Shown here piece after piece: positions 10,657 through 20,178 of a stretch of 64,000 nucleotides of DNA (position 1 is the stretch's first letter; every line of letters starts with the position of its first letter). Source of the stretch: Candidatus Hydrogenedentota bacterium. Lineage in GTDB: Bacteria; Hydrogenedentota; Hydrogenedentia; Hydrogenedentales; SLHB01. The position numbers and the translations under genes are program-made. The DNA lies in NCBI GenBank assembly GCA_963668025.2, contig CAXXTH010000009.1, forward strand, positions 96,001 to 160,000. The letters are read 5' to 3'. The notes beneath the pieces were generated by a model, which saw nothing but the letters and a program-made list of their open reading frames with translations, was not told where the DNA came from and ran no database searches.

Positions 10657-12495
10657 GGGCCTGTCGATTAAGCAGCCGCCTCGATAGGGTATATCTCCAC
10701 CGCATCGACAGGAATGCGCCGGGGATGCCGATTCGACGTTATTCGTGGGAAAAAAGCATAGGCTACGGCTCTAGCTGCGGCATGAAGCCCCGCCAGGACC
10801 GTGTTTACGCCAGGATGGCCGCCTTGGGGGAAGCCGGTGGCCATGTTTGCCTTGCGGGCCAGAAGTTTTTTGAGGGTATACGCGGTGCAAATCCAGGACC
10901 AGTCGCACCGGACTTTCTCCAGGCCGCGCCGGGCGAAGCGGCGGATGCCCATGCACGACTTGATGACGCCGAACAATCCTTCGATCCCCGGGGCGCGTTT
11001 CTTGTAGATGGCCCGGCCTTCTTCGGTCTTCATGCGCTCGTCCGCGGCCTCGCGCAGCGGTTCGTGTTCGTCGCGGGTGATGGTCCGGTGCGTGGCCTTT
11101 CCTTTGATGCATTGCCCCGCCAGCGGGCAGCCGGGGCAGGCTTCGCATTGGTAGGTGGCGTATGAAACGCCGTCTTTGTCCGTGCCGTGTTTCGAGGCCG
11201 CCATCTCGTGGCCCATGGGGCAATGGTAGGAGTCGGCTTGTTCGTCGTACACAAATGCGGTGCGGGCGAACTGGCCGCCTTGTTTGGGCAGGCGTTCCAC
11301 CGCTTCTTGGGCCACGGGAAGCGCGGGCTCGGGGCGTTGAGCCGGATTGTCCGCCCCAGAGGCCGAGCGGGTGGGCATGTAGGCCTCTATCCCTTGGGCC
11401 TCAAGGGCTTCGAGCACTTGGCCCGCGGCAAAATTGCCGTCGGCGGCGATTGCGCAAGGCTTCTCGCCCGTAAGGGCTTCAACGGCCTCCACCGCCGGGC
11501 AAACGGCGCTGGCCTCGTCGGAACCCGCCAGCACATCATCATAGAGGATAGCGCCTGTTTGCGCGTCAATCGCGGCCACGGGGGTGTAATTCGGCGCGTA
11601 GCCCCCTTCTTTGTTGGGGGTGATTTGGGAGTCCGGATCGCTCACGGGCACTCGGACGGGTTTGGCGTTCTTGCCATTGTGCTCTTGGGACTTCGCGTCT
11701 CGCCTGCGGGCGGCGTCGAGGGCTTTTTGAAGCTGTTTGCGTTTCGTTTCGAGCCGCGCGATTTCCTGGCTGGCCTTTTCCAACTGTTCCGCAACGTCTC
11801 CATCCGGCTCCATGCCCGCCAGAAACTCGGTTTCAGGAAGGGCTTGGGCATCATTGCGCCGCATTTCCTCCATCCGGCGGTCCAGTTCCCTTATAATCTT
11901 CTCGATGGTCCCGGCCGTGCGCGCCCCGTGGCGGTCGCTGTCGGCCCGCAAACGGGTGCCGTCGATGAGCAATTCCAATAGCGGCTTCTCGCGCTCACCT
12001 AGCAGGAGCTGGGCGATTTGCCGCTTCAACTCGTCGATGGCTTTGGCGTGGCGCACCCGGAATTTGGCGAACGTGGAGTGATCGGGCGTGAACCCTTCAA
12101 GGAACCATATGAAATCCAGGTGCTTGCACGCCGCCATTTCCAGCTCGCGCGACGAACGCACGCGGTGCATCAGCCCGTACAGGATAGCTCCCGCCAGGTA
12201 ATGTGGATGGATCGGCGGCTGGCCAACGCCCACATAGGCAGCCTCCCAAGCGCTCCAATCCAGTTCATCCAAAATCCGTGCGAATATCCGGATGGGCGCA
12301 TCCGCCGGGAGCATCTCGTCCAGATACTGGGGATACAGCACCATTTGATGCCGCTGCGCCTTCGGAGTGGCGAATAGAATGTCTCGTGCGTTCATGTGGG
12401 TTTCCCTGGTGACACCAATAATAAATTCTATTCTACTAGAAATCGAGTTATATGTCTATATAAATTCTACCCCGGCGCACTACATCGACAGGCCC
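10657..12495 (-). mobile_element. IS1182-family insertion sequence
   Basis: 12-bp terminal inverted repeat GGGCCTGTCGAT (10657-10668 / 12484-12495) flanking a transposase; no TSD seen. Confidence 0.85.
10668..12395 (-). CDS. IS1182-family transposase
   Basis: RSSRELE, PDHSTFAKFR, IDGT, DPDS, ADGNF, Cys cluster, YKKR..IEGLFG.IK. Confidence 0.92.
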   Translation of the reverse strand: MNARDILFATPKAQRHQMVLYPQYLDEMLPADAPIRIFARILDELDWSAWEAAYVGVGQPPIHPHYLAGAILYGLMHRVRSSRELEMAACKHLDFIWFLEGFTPDHSTFAKFRVRHAKAIDELKRQIAQLLLGEREKPLLELLIDGTRLRADSDRHGARTAGTIEKIIRELDRRMEEMRRNDAQALPETEFLAGMEPDGDVAEQLEKASQEIARLETKRKQLQKALDAARRRDAKSQEHNGKNAKPVRVPVSDPDSQITPNKEGGYAPNYTPVAAIDAQTGAILYDDVLAGSDEASAVCPAVEAVEALTGEKPCAIAADGNFAAGQVLEALEAQGIEAYMPTRSASGADNPAQRPEPALPVAQEAVERLPKQGGQFARTAFVYDEQADSYHCPMGHEMAASKHGTDKDGVSYATYQCEACPGCPLAGQCIKGKATHRTITRDEHEPLREAADERMKTEEGRAIYKKRAPGIEGLFGVIKSCMGIRRFARRGLEKVRCDWSWICTAYTLKKLLARKANMATGFPQGGHPGVNTVLAGLHAAARAVAYAFFPRITSNRHPRRIPVDAVEIYPIEAAA

Positions 12496-12530
12496 AGCCG
12501 CAGGCTCCCCCTTAGCACCTGGCTTCAGCC

Positions 12531-14023
12531 CTACCAAGTATAGGCATTTTTAACATCCGCTCCATAGTTTTTTGCCCATTCTTTTATGAGGTCTGGGAAT
12601 TGGTTTACGAGCGCGAAGGTGGTCATCAGTTGTAGGAGGCCACGCATGAGGATGGTTGGACCGATGGGATCGGTGCGGCGTCCCATCCATCCTCCACAGC
12701 GTACCACGAGGGCAAACAGCAGGAGCAAGGGCTCCACTTCAGGGTCATCGGGGCATCGCATGGCATGGCATGGCGGACCTTCTCGTACTGCTCGGGCGGA
12801 AGGGAACCGATGGCCTGGAGCCCCAAGTCTTGTTTCATGGTGAGCAGCGCCATGGCGGCCAGCGAATAAAAGACCAGGACTTTGGCGAATTGGTCCGGGT
12901 GGGTGAAATGGCTCTTCTCCACGTCAAACCCGCCGCTCTTAAGCAATTTGAAGTACTCTTCAATGCGCCAGCGCTGCTCGTAGTAGGCGGCCGCCCGCGC
13001 TTGCCGTTCCTGCGTGTCAATGGGAAGGGAGGTGAACAGCAGCCAGCATAGAGGCTTCTCGCCATTGGGCGCTTCGAGTTCGCGGATCACCACCAGATGG
13101 ACGCCCAAGGGCTCCTCAAGAGTAATATTGCGGCGTTCGCCCCGGGTGCAAGGGCGGAAAAAGAATACGCGGCAGGCCCCGATGGACAAGGAGGCCACCC
13201 GTTTGGGGCGGTTTTTCCCGTACGCCACGTGTCCCCGGGCATCAAGCCCAAGGCTTTTGTACGGCCGCATCGGCAGCGACGCGATGAGGCTTGCCATGTC
13301 CACGTCTTCGCCGGTCTCCAGGCGCACGTTGCGGTTGCCGAGGCAGCGAAACACAAAGCCGGCGCCCACCTCGCGGGCGGCCGCCATCGCCAAGACATCG
13401 TCGAATTCCCGATCCGCCACGTGTGTTAGATGGCGGTTCGCCGCCTGGGTGGCCAGATAGCGAATGTGCGTGGCCAGTTGATGCCGATGATTCAACAGCA
13501 GGCGCTGGCGCTCCTCGGCCGTGACGTGCTTGAGCGCGGGGTCGCTGTCATAATCGGCCACCCCCACATCATCCGGCCCCAGGGCGGAAATGACCGTGTC
13601 GTGCAGAACCCCCACAAAGCGTCGCTCATCGAAGTCCCATGCGACACAGGGATGATATTCGTATCCGGTTCCATGATGGTCCCCAATCTCCATCTTCTCG
13701 CTCATGGCGGCATGTTTGGAGAAATCGCACTCGGTAATGTCGTGCAGCACCAATAGGGAAGACCCGCTTGCTTGCTCCAGTACCACTCGCGCCCGCAATT
13801 CGCGCAATTGGCTCACGCTGACGTCCGGGTTGTTGATGAGGTCATACCACGATTTCGATTCCGCCCACGCCGCTTGCTTGCTGCCCGCCGTCTGGCTTGG
13901 CCCCGCGCCCGGCGAGAAAACGAGCCGCGTCACGTGCCGGACCACACAGGCATTGCGTTTTACATGGCCCATGTCAACCAATCTTTCCACCTGCTGGATC
14001 ACCGTATGTTTTTTCTGCTCCAT
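12531..14023 (-). pseudogene. IS4-family (IS50/Tn5-like) transposase, frameshifted near C-terminus
   Basis: HDITE, VADREFD, WLLFTSLP, YEQRWRIEEYFKLLKSG; the C-terminal GGWMGRRTDPIGPTILMRGL segment lies in another frame after a 5-bp tandem repeat at about 12759-12774. Confidence 0.85.
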
Positions 14024-15049
14024 TCTAGCACCTCCTTTTGGCTGGCGGTACTATATAGAAGCGTTATATAAATATTAAAGTATTATTACTGATAAATCCC
14101 GGATATAATGGGAGTGGTACAAAAAATAACCTCCAGCTCAGGGCTTACGCATCTAAATTCCCAGTAAACGTAGAAGGTATTCGGGGTCGAGTGCAGCAGC
14201 GAAGCGCTTGCCCCTGAGGAAATCTTTGTTGGTCTTGTCTTTCTTGAGGAGGTTGAGTGTAATTCTCCTCAAGGAGGCGAGATTCTGGGCGGCGTTTCTT
14301 GTTCGGGCGCGGTTGTCGTCTTCGCGAAAGATAATGTCTAGGCACCAGTGCAAATTGTTTTCCACGCCCCAGTGTCCACGCACGGCGTGGGCGAATCGTC
14401 GTGCGTCGAGGGGCAGGCTGCTCAAGTAGTAGCGCCGCTCGATGGTGTTCTTCCCTTTTTCCTTGCGGATGGACTCGACCATGCCGAAACTCTTGAGGCC
14501 CTTCCAAAGTCCTTTGTCCTCGAACCAGCCCAAGTCGGTGGATTGCCAGTATCGGCGGGTTTCGATGCGGCCATGCCCCTTGTCGATGGTCTGGTGGAAA
14601 TCCATCCGTGTGGCGTCGGCTGTTGGCGCGCACTGGGTGGCGCAAGGGGGAACGGCGTCCTTGAAAAAGGCCTTCACTTCTTCTAGGGCGGTGGCGTGGT
14701 TGCCTTTGAGGGCCAGCACGTAGTCGGCCTGCCGTTGGATAATGTGGGAGGCGATATCCTTCTGGCAGCCCATGGCGTCCAGGGTGACGATGGCTCCCTT
14801 GAGCTTTAAGGCGTTGAGGAGTTTGGGGACGGCGGTGATTTCGTTGGATTTCTCGTCCACCTTGACCTGCCCCAGCGCCAGGCCGTGCTCGCAAGCCCAT
14901 GCGCTGACGATGTAGGGGATGGCCTCCCCCTGATTCAAGGCGCGCCGCAGGGCTTTGCCGTCAATGGCGGCGACCTCATCGCTCAGATTGGGGCAAATGC
15001 CCTACACCCATTGGCCGAAGCACTCCAGGAAGGCATGGGGGTCGAGGGC

Positions 15050-16395
15050 CATAAGCGCTAACCTTATATTGCCTCCATCAAACCACGCAACTGTTGCATT
15101 CGCTTCCTTGGGGGCTCTGCCAGATCTCTCGCGATTTCCCGCCACTGGCTGATGCATTCGGATAATCCAAGCGTCGGATTGACCGCTTGGCGAAGGAGGT
15201 GCAAGGCGAAAGAGAGTTCGCGCCACAAGGAGGCCTCGCGGTAGATATCGTCACAGTGGATATCCCCAGGGGGAAAAAAAGCGCCCCTCATCAACAATGG
15301 CCTGGGCAAGGCAGGAGACAAGCATTTTGCCGTGGAGCCAAGCCTTGGCCGACTCCTCGTCTTCCTTTGGCAAGTGTCCCAATCCCATAATCGACTTCAT
15401 CCGTTTGAAGGCCAACTCCACCTGCCAGCGCGCCCGGTACAACTCGATAACCTGGTGCGGCGATATTGAATCCGGCAAGGATGTGGCCAGTATGACGTAG
15501 CGATGCAGCACAAGCGTTTCGGGATCCAGACTCCGTTGCTTCTTGCTTAGCTCTTTCTTCGCCCGGCGGATGCTTTGCGCGGCGGCTTCCTCGCTCAAAC
15601 GCAGCGCACAGATCCGTAGCGCCAGCTCCTCCTGCCCCTTTGCCTGGCCAATCAGGGCCCAATCACCCACTTCCCCTACCTCTAGAGACGCCACCAATCC
15701 AGCCAGTGGACAGGTGTTCCCTGCGCCATTCCGAAGACTGAAGGCTTTATTCTTAAGACGCGTCAGAAAGTTCCCGTTATGGCCGAGCACATAACGAAAA
15801 CCTTTGAGATGCCCATAAGCACGATCTCCGAGCAATAGGTCGCCAGGCGAGACTCGGAATCGCGCGAAACTCTCTCCAACCTTCGGGCCGGTAATATGAA
15901 ACTCATCGCATTGAAGACCGTATAAACATAGGCTGTAGTGAACGCGCCAGTCCGTTCCCGTGCTTCCCGGTTCGCAGACAACGCTCGCATCCACGACGCG
16001 AACACGGTAATACTCCAGCCATGCAGGCCGAACGCACGGTCCCGCGCGACGTTGAAGTATCTCTACGGCCATCCACCGCAGCCATTCCCCCGAAGCACGC
16101 AACCGCTTAAGAAGTGCCACATCCGACACGGACGCCACATTCCCTTCTCGAGCACGAACGACAGCCTCACGCAGAGAACACCCATCCGCCAAATGGATCA
16201 ACAGCAAGCGCAGGAGCGATTCCGTCGACGATATAGAACGAGGCTTGCGGTGCCACGCGCCCAATTCACGAGCCTTGTCCTCCCATCCAGCAGGGAGAAA
16301 ACGCTGTAAACACTGCCAATTCTCATTCCACGCTGCTTCCATGCACCCAGTATAGAAGATTCGTCAGGAGACATCAAATAAGGTTAGCGCTTATG
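15050..16395 (-). mobile_element. IS4-family element, intact, inserted in ISAs1
   Basis: 18-bp perfect IR CATAAGCGCTAACCTTAT; 11-bp target duplication GGGTCGAGGGC at 15039-15049 and 16396-16406. Confidence 0.95.
15251..16342 (-). CDS. IS4-family transposase
   Basis: VVDAS, LGDRAY, YRARWQVELAFKRMK (YREK) motifs. Confidence 0.92.
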   Translation of the reverse strand: MEAAWNENWQCLQRFLPAGWEDKARELGAWHRKPRSISSTESLLRLLLIHLADGCSLREAVVRAREGNVASVSDVALLKRLRASGEWLRWMAVEILQRRAGPCVRPAWLEYYRVRVVDASVVCEPGSTGTDWRVHYSLCLYGLQCDEFHITGPKVGESFARFRVSPGDLLLGDRAYGHLKGFRYVLGHNGNFLTRLKNKAFSLRNGAGNTCPLAGLVASLEVGEVGDWALIGQAKGQEELALRICALRLSEEAAAQSIRRAKKELSKKQRSLDPETLVLHRYVILATSLPDSISPHQVIELYRARWQVELAFKRMKSIMGLGHLPKEDEESAKAWLHGKMLVSCLAQAIVDEGRFFSPWGYPL

Positions 16396-16701
16396 GGGTC
16401 GAGGGCGGAAAAGACCCGGTTGAAGGTGTCGTGCGAGGGGATGCCGCCGGGCAATTCCAGGAAGCCCTTCAGCCAATCCTCCCGGAGCCAGCCGAAGCGC
16501 TCCATATCCGAAAAGCTCTCCCCGCCCACGAGGGCTGAGCATAGCCCAATCATCAAGATGTCAATGAAGTTGTGCCTGCGGGTCCGGTCCATGCGGGGAT
16601 CAGGCAGGCCCGCGAAACACTCGATAATAGGCTTGGGCTTGGGCAGGGATTTCTTTTCAGCGGTCATGGGGTGCTCCTTTCATTCATGCGCCGAAGCACT
16701 G

Positions 16702-16731
16702 TTGACTCTAGTATATAGAATTCTATATATT
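16702..16731 (+). promoter_or_regulatory. Putative sigma70 promoter with an 18-bp palindrome in its spacer
   Basis: TTGACT-18-TATATT ending 7 nt before ATG 16739; perfect palindrome TATATAGAATTCTATATA at 16712-16729. Confidence 0.55.
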
Positions 16732-16738
16732 AAAATCC

Positions 16739-17038
16739 ATGAAGCACACCAAAAAGATGCAAGCATTGCTGGAGCGCATGGCGCAGATTGAGCGGATGGA
16801 GCGCGGAAAGCTCTGTCAAATGGGCGGGCGTCCCCACTTTAACCACCAGAGCTGGGAGAACGAGAAGAACGTGGTTCGCTATGTGCCGGCGCGCGAAACC
16901 GAGTTCCTAAAAGAGGCCATCAATGGCTACCAGGCTTTCATGAAGCTGGCTGAACGCTACGTGGACGAAGTCGTCAAGCAAACCCGCCGTGAGCGCGCAA
17001 AGACCTTCCCCCAAGCGAAAAATCCCAGGCCACGTTGA
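16739..17038 (+). CDS. IS-associated small basic protein (DUF6788-like)
   Basis: M.RG.L...W..KN..RYV....AI.GY pattern as I recall it for DUF6788; lies inside the ISAs1 IRs. Confidence 0.7.
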   Translation: MKHTKKMQALLERMAQIERMERGKLCQMGGRPHFNHQSWENEKNVVRYVPARETEFLKEAINGYQAFMKLAERYVDEVVKQTRRERAKTFPQAKNPRPR

Positions 17039-17120
17039 CAGAAAAAATCATGCACAACAGGATAAATCGACTCTTGAGCACTATTAGATGCGTAAGCCCT
17101 GATTCGTATCTCACTTTTTA

Positions 17121-17149
17121 TTGAAATACGAACTGTACCTACTTATAAT
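17121..17149 (+). promoter_or_regulatory. sigma70 promoter of the pnt operon
   Basis: TTGAAA-17 bp-TATAAT upstream of the pntA RBS. Confidence 0.7.
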
Positions 17150-17187
17150 CTGGCTTCCTATACGCGGGCAACAAAAGGAAATCACTT

Positions 17188-18327
17188 ATGCTTATCTTTG
17201 TCCCCAAAGAACGGGACGACGCAGAATTGCGCGTCCCCCTCGTCCCTGACACCGTGGCAAAACTGGTGAAAAAAGGGGCGGAAATTGTAGTGGAGCCGGG
17301 CATGGGCCTGCCATCAGGCTATACCGACGCCATGTATGAAGCAGCAGGGGCCACGGTGGCCGCTGATGCAAAGGACGCCATGGCGCAGGCCGATATGGTG
17401 CTGCGTGTGCGAAAGCCGCCGCTGGATGAAGTCGCATCCATGAAGCAAGGCTGTATCCACGTGAGCTTTCTCGATCCGTTCCACGAGCGCGAATTGGTCG
17501 AGAAGATGGCCGAGTGCGGTGTCAGCGCCATCAGCATGGAGATGATCCCGCGCACGACCTTGGCGCAGAAAATGGACGCGCTGAGTTCACAGGCGAATCT
17601 GGCGGGCTATTACGCAGTCATCCTGGCGGCGGAACGCCTGGATAAGATTCTCCCGATGATGATGACCCCGGCGGGCACGATTTCGCCATCGCGGGTGTTT
17701 ATCATCGGTGCGGGCGTGGCGGGCCTCCAAGCCATCGCTACGGCGAAACGCCTCGGTGCGCGCGTGGATGCTTTCGACACGCGGCCCGTGGTCGAAGAGC
17801 AAGTCAAATCGCTTGGAGCGAAATTCGTCAAGGTGGACTTGGGCGAAACGGGCCAGACCAAGGACGGTTATGCCAAAGAGCTAACGCCTGAGCAGCAGCA
17901 AATGCAGCGGGACGCCATGGCGAAGGTGTGCGCCCAGTCGGACATCGTCATCACCACGGCGCAGCTTTTCGGCAAGCGGGCGCCAGTCATTGTGACCAAT
18001 GAGATGGTGGCGGCCATGAAACCGGGAAGTATTGTTGTAGACATGGCTGTCGAGACCGGCGGCAACGTTGAGTGCTCCGAGCTAGGAAAAGAAAAGGATG
18101 TAAACGGCGTCCGGGTTATCGGGTTGGGCAATCTGCCTGGCCGTGTAGCCGTCCACGCTAGCCAGATGTATTCGGCGAATCTGGGCAATCTAGTGGATTC
18201 ATTCTGGGATGCTGAGGCGAAAGTCTTTGCGTTAAAACAGGAAGACGAGATTATCCAGGGCTGTCTGGTGACCCATGGTGGCGAGTTAGTGAATGAACGC
18301 ATTAAACAGGCTTATGCGGCGAAATAG
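17188..18327 (+). CDS. pntA: NAD(P) transhydrogenase alpha subunit, domain I
   Basis: RTTLAQKMDALSSQANLAGY, GAGVAGLQAIATA, GGNVE. Confidence 0.95.
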   Translation: MLIFVPKERDDAELRVPLVPDTVAKLVKKGAEIVVEPGMGLPSGYTDAMYEAAGATVAADAKDAMAQADMVLRVRKPPLDEVASMKQGCIHVSFLDPFHERELVEKMAECGVSAISMEMIPRTTLAQKMDALSSQANLAGYYAVILAAERLDKILPMMMTPAGTISPSRVFIIGAGVAGLQAIATAKRLGARVDAFDTRPVVEEQVKSLGAKFVKVDLGETGQTKDGYAKELTPEQQQMQRDAMAKVCAQSDIVITTAQLFGKRAPVIVTNEMVAAMKPGSIVVDMAVETGGNVECSELGKEKDVNGVRVIGLGNLPGRVAVHASQMYSANLGNLVDSFWDAEAKVFALKQEDEIIQGCLVTHGGELVNERIKQAYAAK

Positions 18328-18357
18328 ACGCCGCGCCAGCCTGGCGGAGAACTGCAC

Positions 18358-18651
18358 ATGAATATGATAGCAATGCTGTTTTTCATCTTCGTAATTGCAA
18401 TTTTCTTGGGAGTCGAGCTGATATCAAAGGTTCCCTCGCAATTGCACACCCCGCTGATGTCGGGCTCGAACGCCATATCAGGCATCACCATTGTGGGTGC
18501 GCTGGTGGCGGCGGGCGCTGCAGGCGACGGCTGGTTCAAAATAGTGCTGGGTACGGCCGCAGTGGCCCTCGCCATGATCAATGTCGTGGGCGGATATCTA
18601 GTGACCGACCGCATGCTGGCCATGTTCAAGACGAAAAAGGGAGAGCACTAA
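18358..18651 (+). CDS. NAD(P) transhydrogenase alpha subunit part 2 (PntAB)
   Basis: LHTPLMSGSNAISGI, NVVGGYLVTDRML. Confidence 0.95.
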   Translation: MNMIAMLFFIFVIAIFLGVELISKVPSQLHTPLMSGSNAISGITIVGALVAAGAAGDGWFKIVLGTAAVALAMINVVGGYLVTDRMLAMFKTKKGEH

Positions 18652-20058
18652 GTGAGGGACGCAGTCATTAATCTAAGCTATATTCTGGCTTCGGTGCTTT
18701 TCATTTTCGGTTTGAAGATGATGAGCCGCCAGCATAGCGCCCGCCGGGGCAACCTCGTTTCGGCGCTGGGCATGCTTATCGCCATTCTGGCGACCTTGAT
18801 AAGTAATGAGATCCTCTCGTATCAATACATTATCGCGGGATTGATCATCGGCAGCATCGCGGGCACTGTTTCGGCCATGCGCGTGCCCATGACCTCGATG
18901 CCTGAATTCGTGGCGCTATTCAATGGTTTTGGCGGCCTCGCGAGCCTTCTCGTGGGCTGGGCCGAATACCATAAGCAATTTGCTGGATGGAAGGGCATGG
19001 CGCTGACTGCGGGCGATCCCCCGGTGTGGTATCTTGCGTTGGTGATTTTTATCACCATCTTGATCGGCGGCGTCACCTTCACGGGCAGCATGGTGGCCTA
19101 TGCCAAACTGGCTGGCCGCCTTCCCGGAAAGCCGATTCTGTTTCCGAAACAGCAATTGATCAACGCCGCGGCGGTGCTGGGCATGCTGCTCTTTGGCCTG
19201 CTCTTTATGCTCAATCCGGGGCACATGTATTTCGTGTTCTTCCTGGCCGTGCTGTTATCGCTGGCGCTGGGCGTGCTCACCTCGATTCCCGTGGGTGGAG
19301 CGGATATGCCCGTGGTCATCTGCTTGTTGAACAGCTACTCCGGCTTGGCGGCGTGCGCCTCCGGCTTCGTGATCTCGAATAATCTGCTGATCGTGACCGG
19401 CTCGCTGGTGGGCGCAAGCGGTATCGTCCTCACGCAGATCATGTGCAAAGCCATGAACCGCTCGCTGGCCAACGTGCTCTTTGGCGGGCTGGGCACGGCT
19501 TCCGGCAAAGCCACGGCATTCAAGGGTGAAGCCAAATCCCTTACACCCGAAGACGCCTATTACATCCTTGAAGCGGCCAATTCGGTCGTGTTCGTGCCCG
19601 GATACGGCATGGCCGTCGCCCAGGCACAGCACGTGGTGCGCGAGCTGGGCGAACTGCTCGAAAAGAACGGCGCGGAAGTGAAGTACGCCATCCATCCCGT
19701 AGCGGGCCGCATGCCGGGGCATATGAACGTCCTCTTGGCCGAGGCCAATGTGCCGTATGAACAGCTTGTCGAGATGGATGATATCAATCCCATCATCGAG
19801 ACTGTCGATGTGGCCATCGTCATCGGGGCCAACGACGTGGTGAATCCCGCCGCGCGCACCGATAAGAACTGCGCCATCTACGGCATGCCCATCATCAATG
19901 TGGACCACGCGAAGACGGTCTTCGTGCTCAAGCGTTCGCTGGCCTCGGGGTTCGCGGGCGTGGATAATCCGCTGTTCTTCAACGAAAACACGCGCATGCT
20001 TTTCGGCGACGCCAAGGCGACGGTGCAAGCGCTCGTGAGCCAAATGAAGGAGAGTTGA
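18652..20058 (+). CDS. pntB: NAD(P) transhydrogenase beta subunit
   Basis: GGADMPVV, IHPVAGRMPGHMNVLLAEA, GANDVVNPAA. Confidence 0.96.
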   Translation: MRDAVINLSYILASVLFIFGLKMMSRQHSARRGNLVSALGMLIAILATLISNEILSYQYIIAGLIIGSIAGTVSAMRVPMTSMPEFVALFNGFGGLASLLVGWAEYHKQFAGWKGMALTAGDPPVWYLALVIFITILIGGVTFTGSMVAYAKLAGRLPGKPILFPKQQLINAAAVLGMLLFGLLFMLNPGHMYFVFFLAVLLSLALGVLTSIPVGGADMPVVICLLNSYSGLAACASGFVISNNLLIVTGSLVGASGIVLTQIMCKAMNRSLANVLFGGLGTASGKATAFKGEAKSLTPEDAYYILEAANSVVFVPGYGMAVAQAQHVVRELGELLEKNGAEVKYAIHPVAGRMPGHMNVLLAEANVPYEQLVEMDDINPIIETVDVAIVIGANDVVNPAARTDKNCAIYGMPIINVDHAKTVFVLKRSLASGFAGVDNPLFFNENTRMLFGDAKATVQALVSQMKES

Positions 20059-20066
20059 TTACAAAT

Positions 20067-20125
20067 AGCCACAAGAGGCGCAAGAGCCACAAAAGGATCT
20101 TGCGCCTTTTGTGCTTCTTGCGGCT
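20067..20125. repeat. Nested palindromic (REP/MITE-like) element; may also act as pnt terminator
   Basis: CACAAGAGGCGCAAGA pairs with TCTTGCGCCTTTTGTG (15/16); outer AGCCACAAGA / TCTTGCGGCT. Confidence 0.6.
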
Positions 20126-20178
20126 CATTCTTCGGCCGGCCCGTGTTTTCTAGAAAAAATACCGCTATAATCCGAGGT

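Larger units (their letters stand above)
14153..16667 (-). pseudogene. ISAs1 transposase split by an IS4 insertion and an in-frame TAG
   Basis: N-terminal part (LPDPR..GIPSHDTF) 16374-16667; middle part to IDGKAL with TAG at 15002-15004; C-terminal part (KSNEIT, DAMGCQ, HGRIETR, HWGVENNLHW) 14153-14938. Confidence 0.9.
14139..17101 (-). mobile_element. ISAs1-family element (interrupted), carrying a divergent passenger ORF
   Basis: Perfect terminal IR CAGGGCTTACGCATCTAA (14139-14156 / 17084-17101). Confidence 0.9.

Noticed and set aside
15002-15004. Stop-codon readthrough or recoding (TAG) in the ISAs1 transposase
   Set aside because: The gene is already disrupted by an IS, and TAG ends normal genes elsewhere in the window; a simple nonsense mutation is more likely.
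12421-16729. Shared TATATA(G/A)AA motif upstream of three IS transposases as a common regulator site
   Set aside because: Short, low-complexity AT-rich promoter DNA; not distinguishable from chance by eye.
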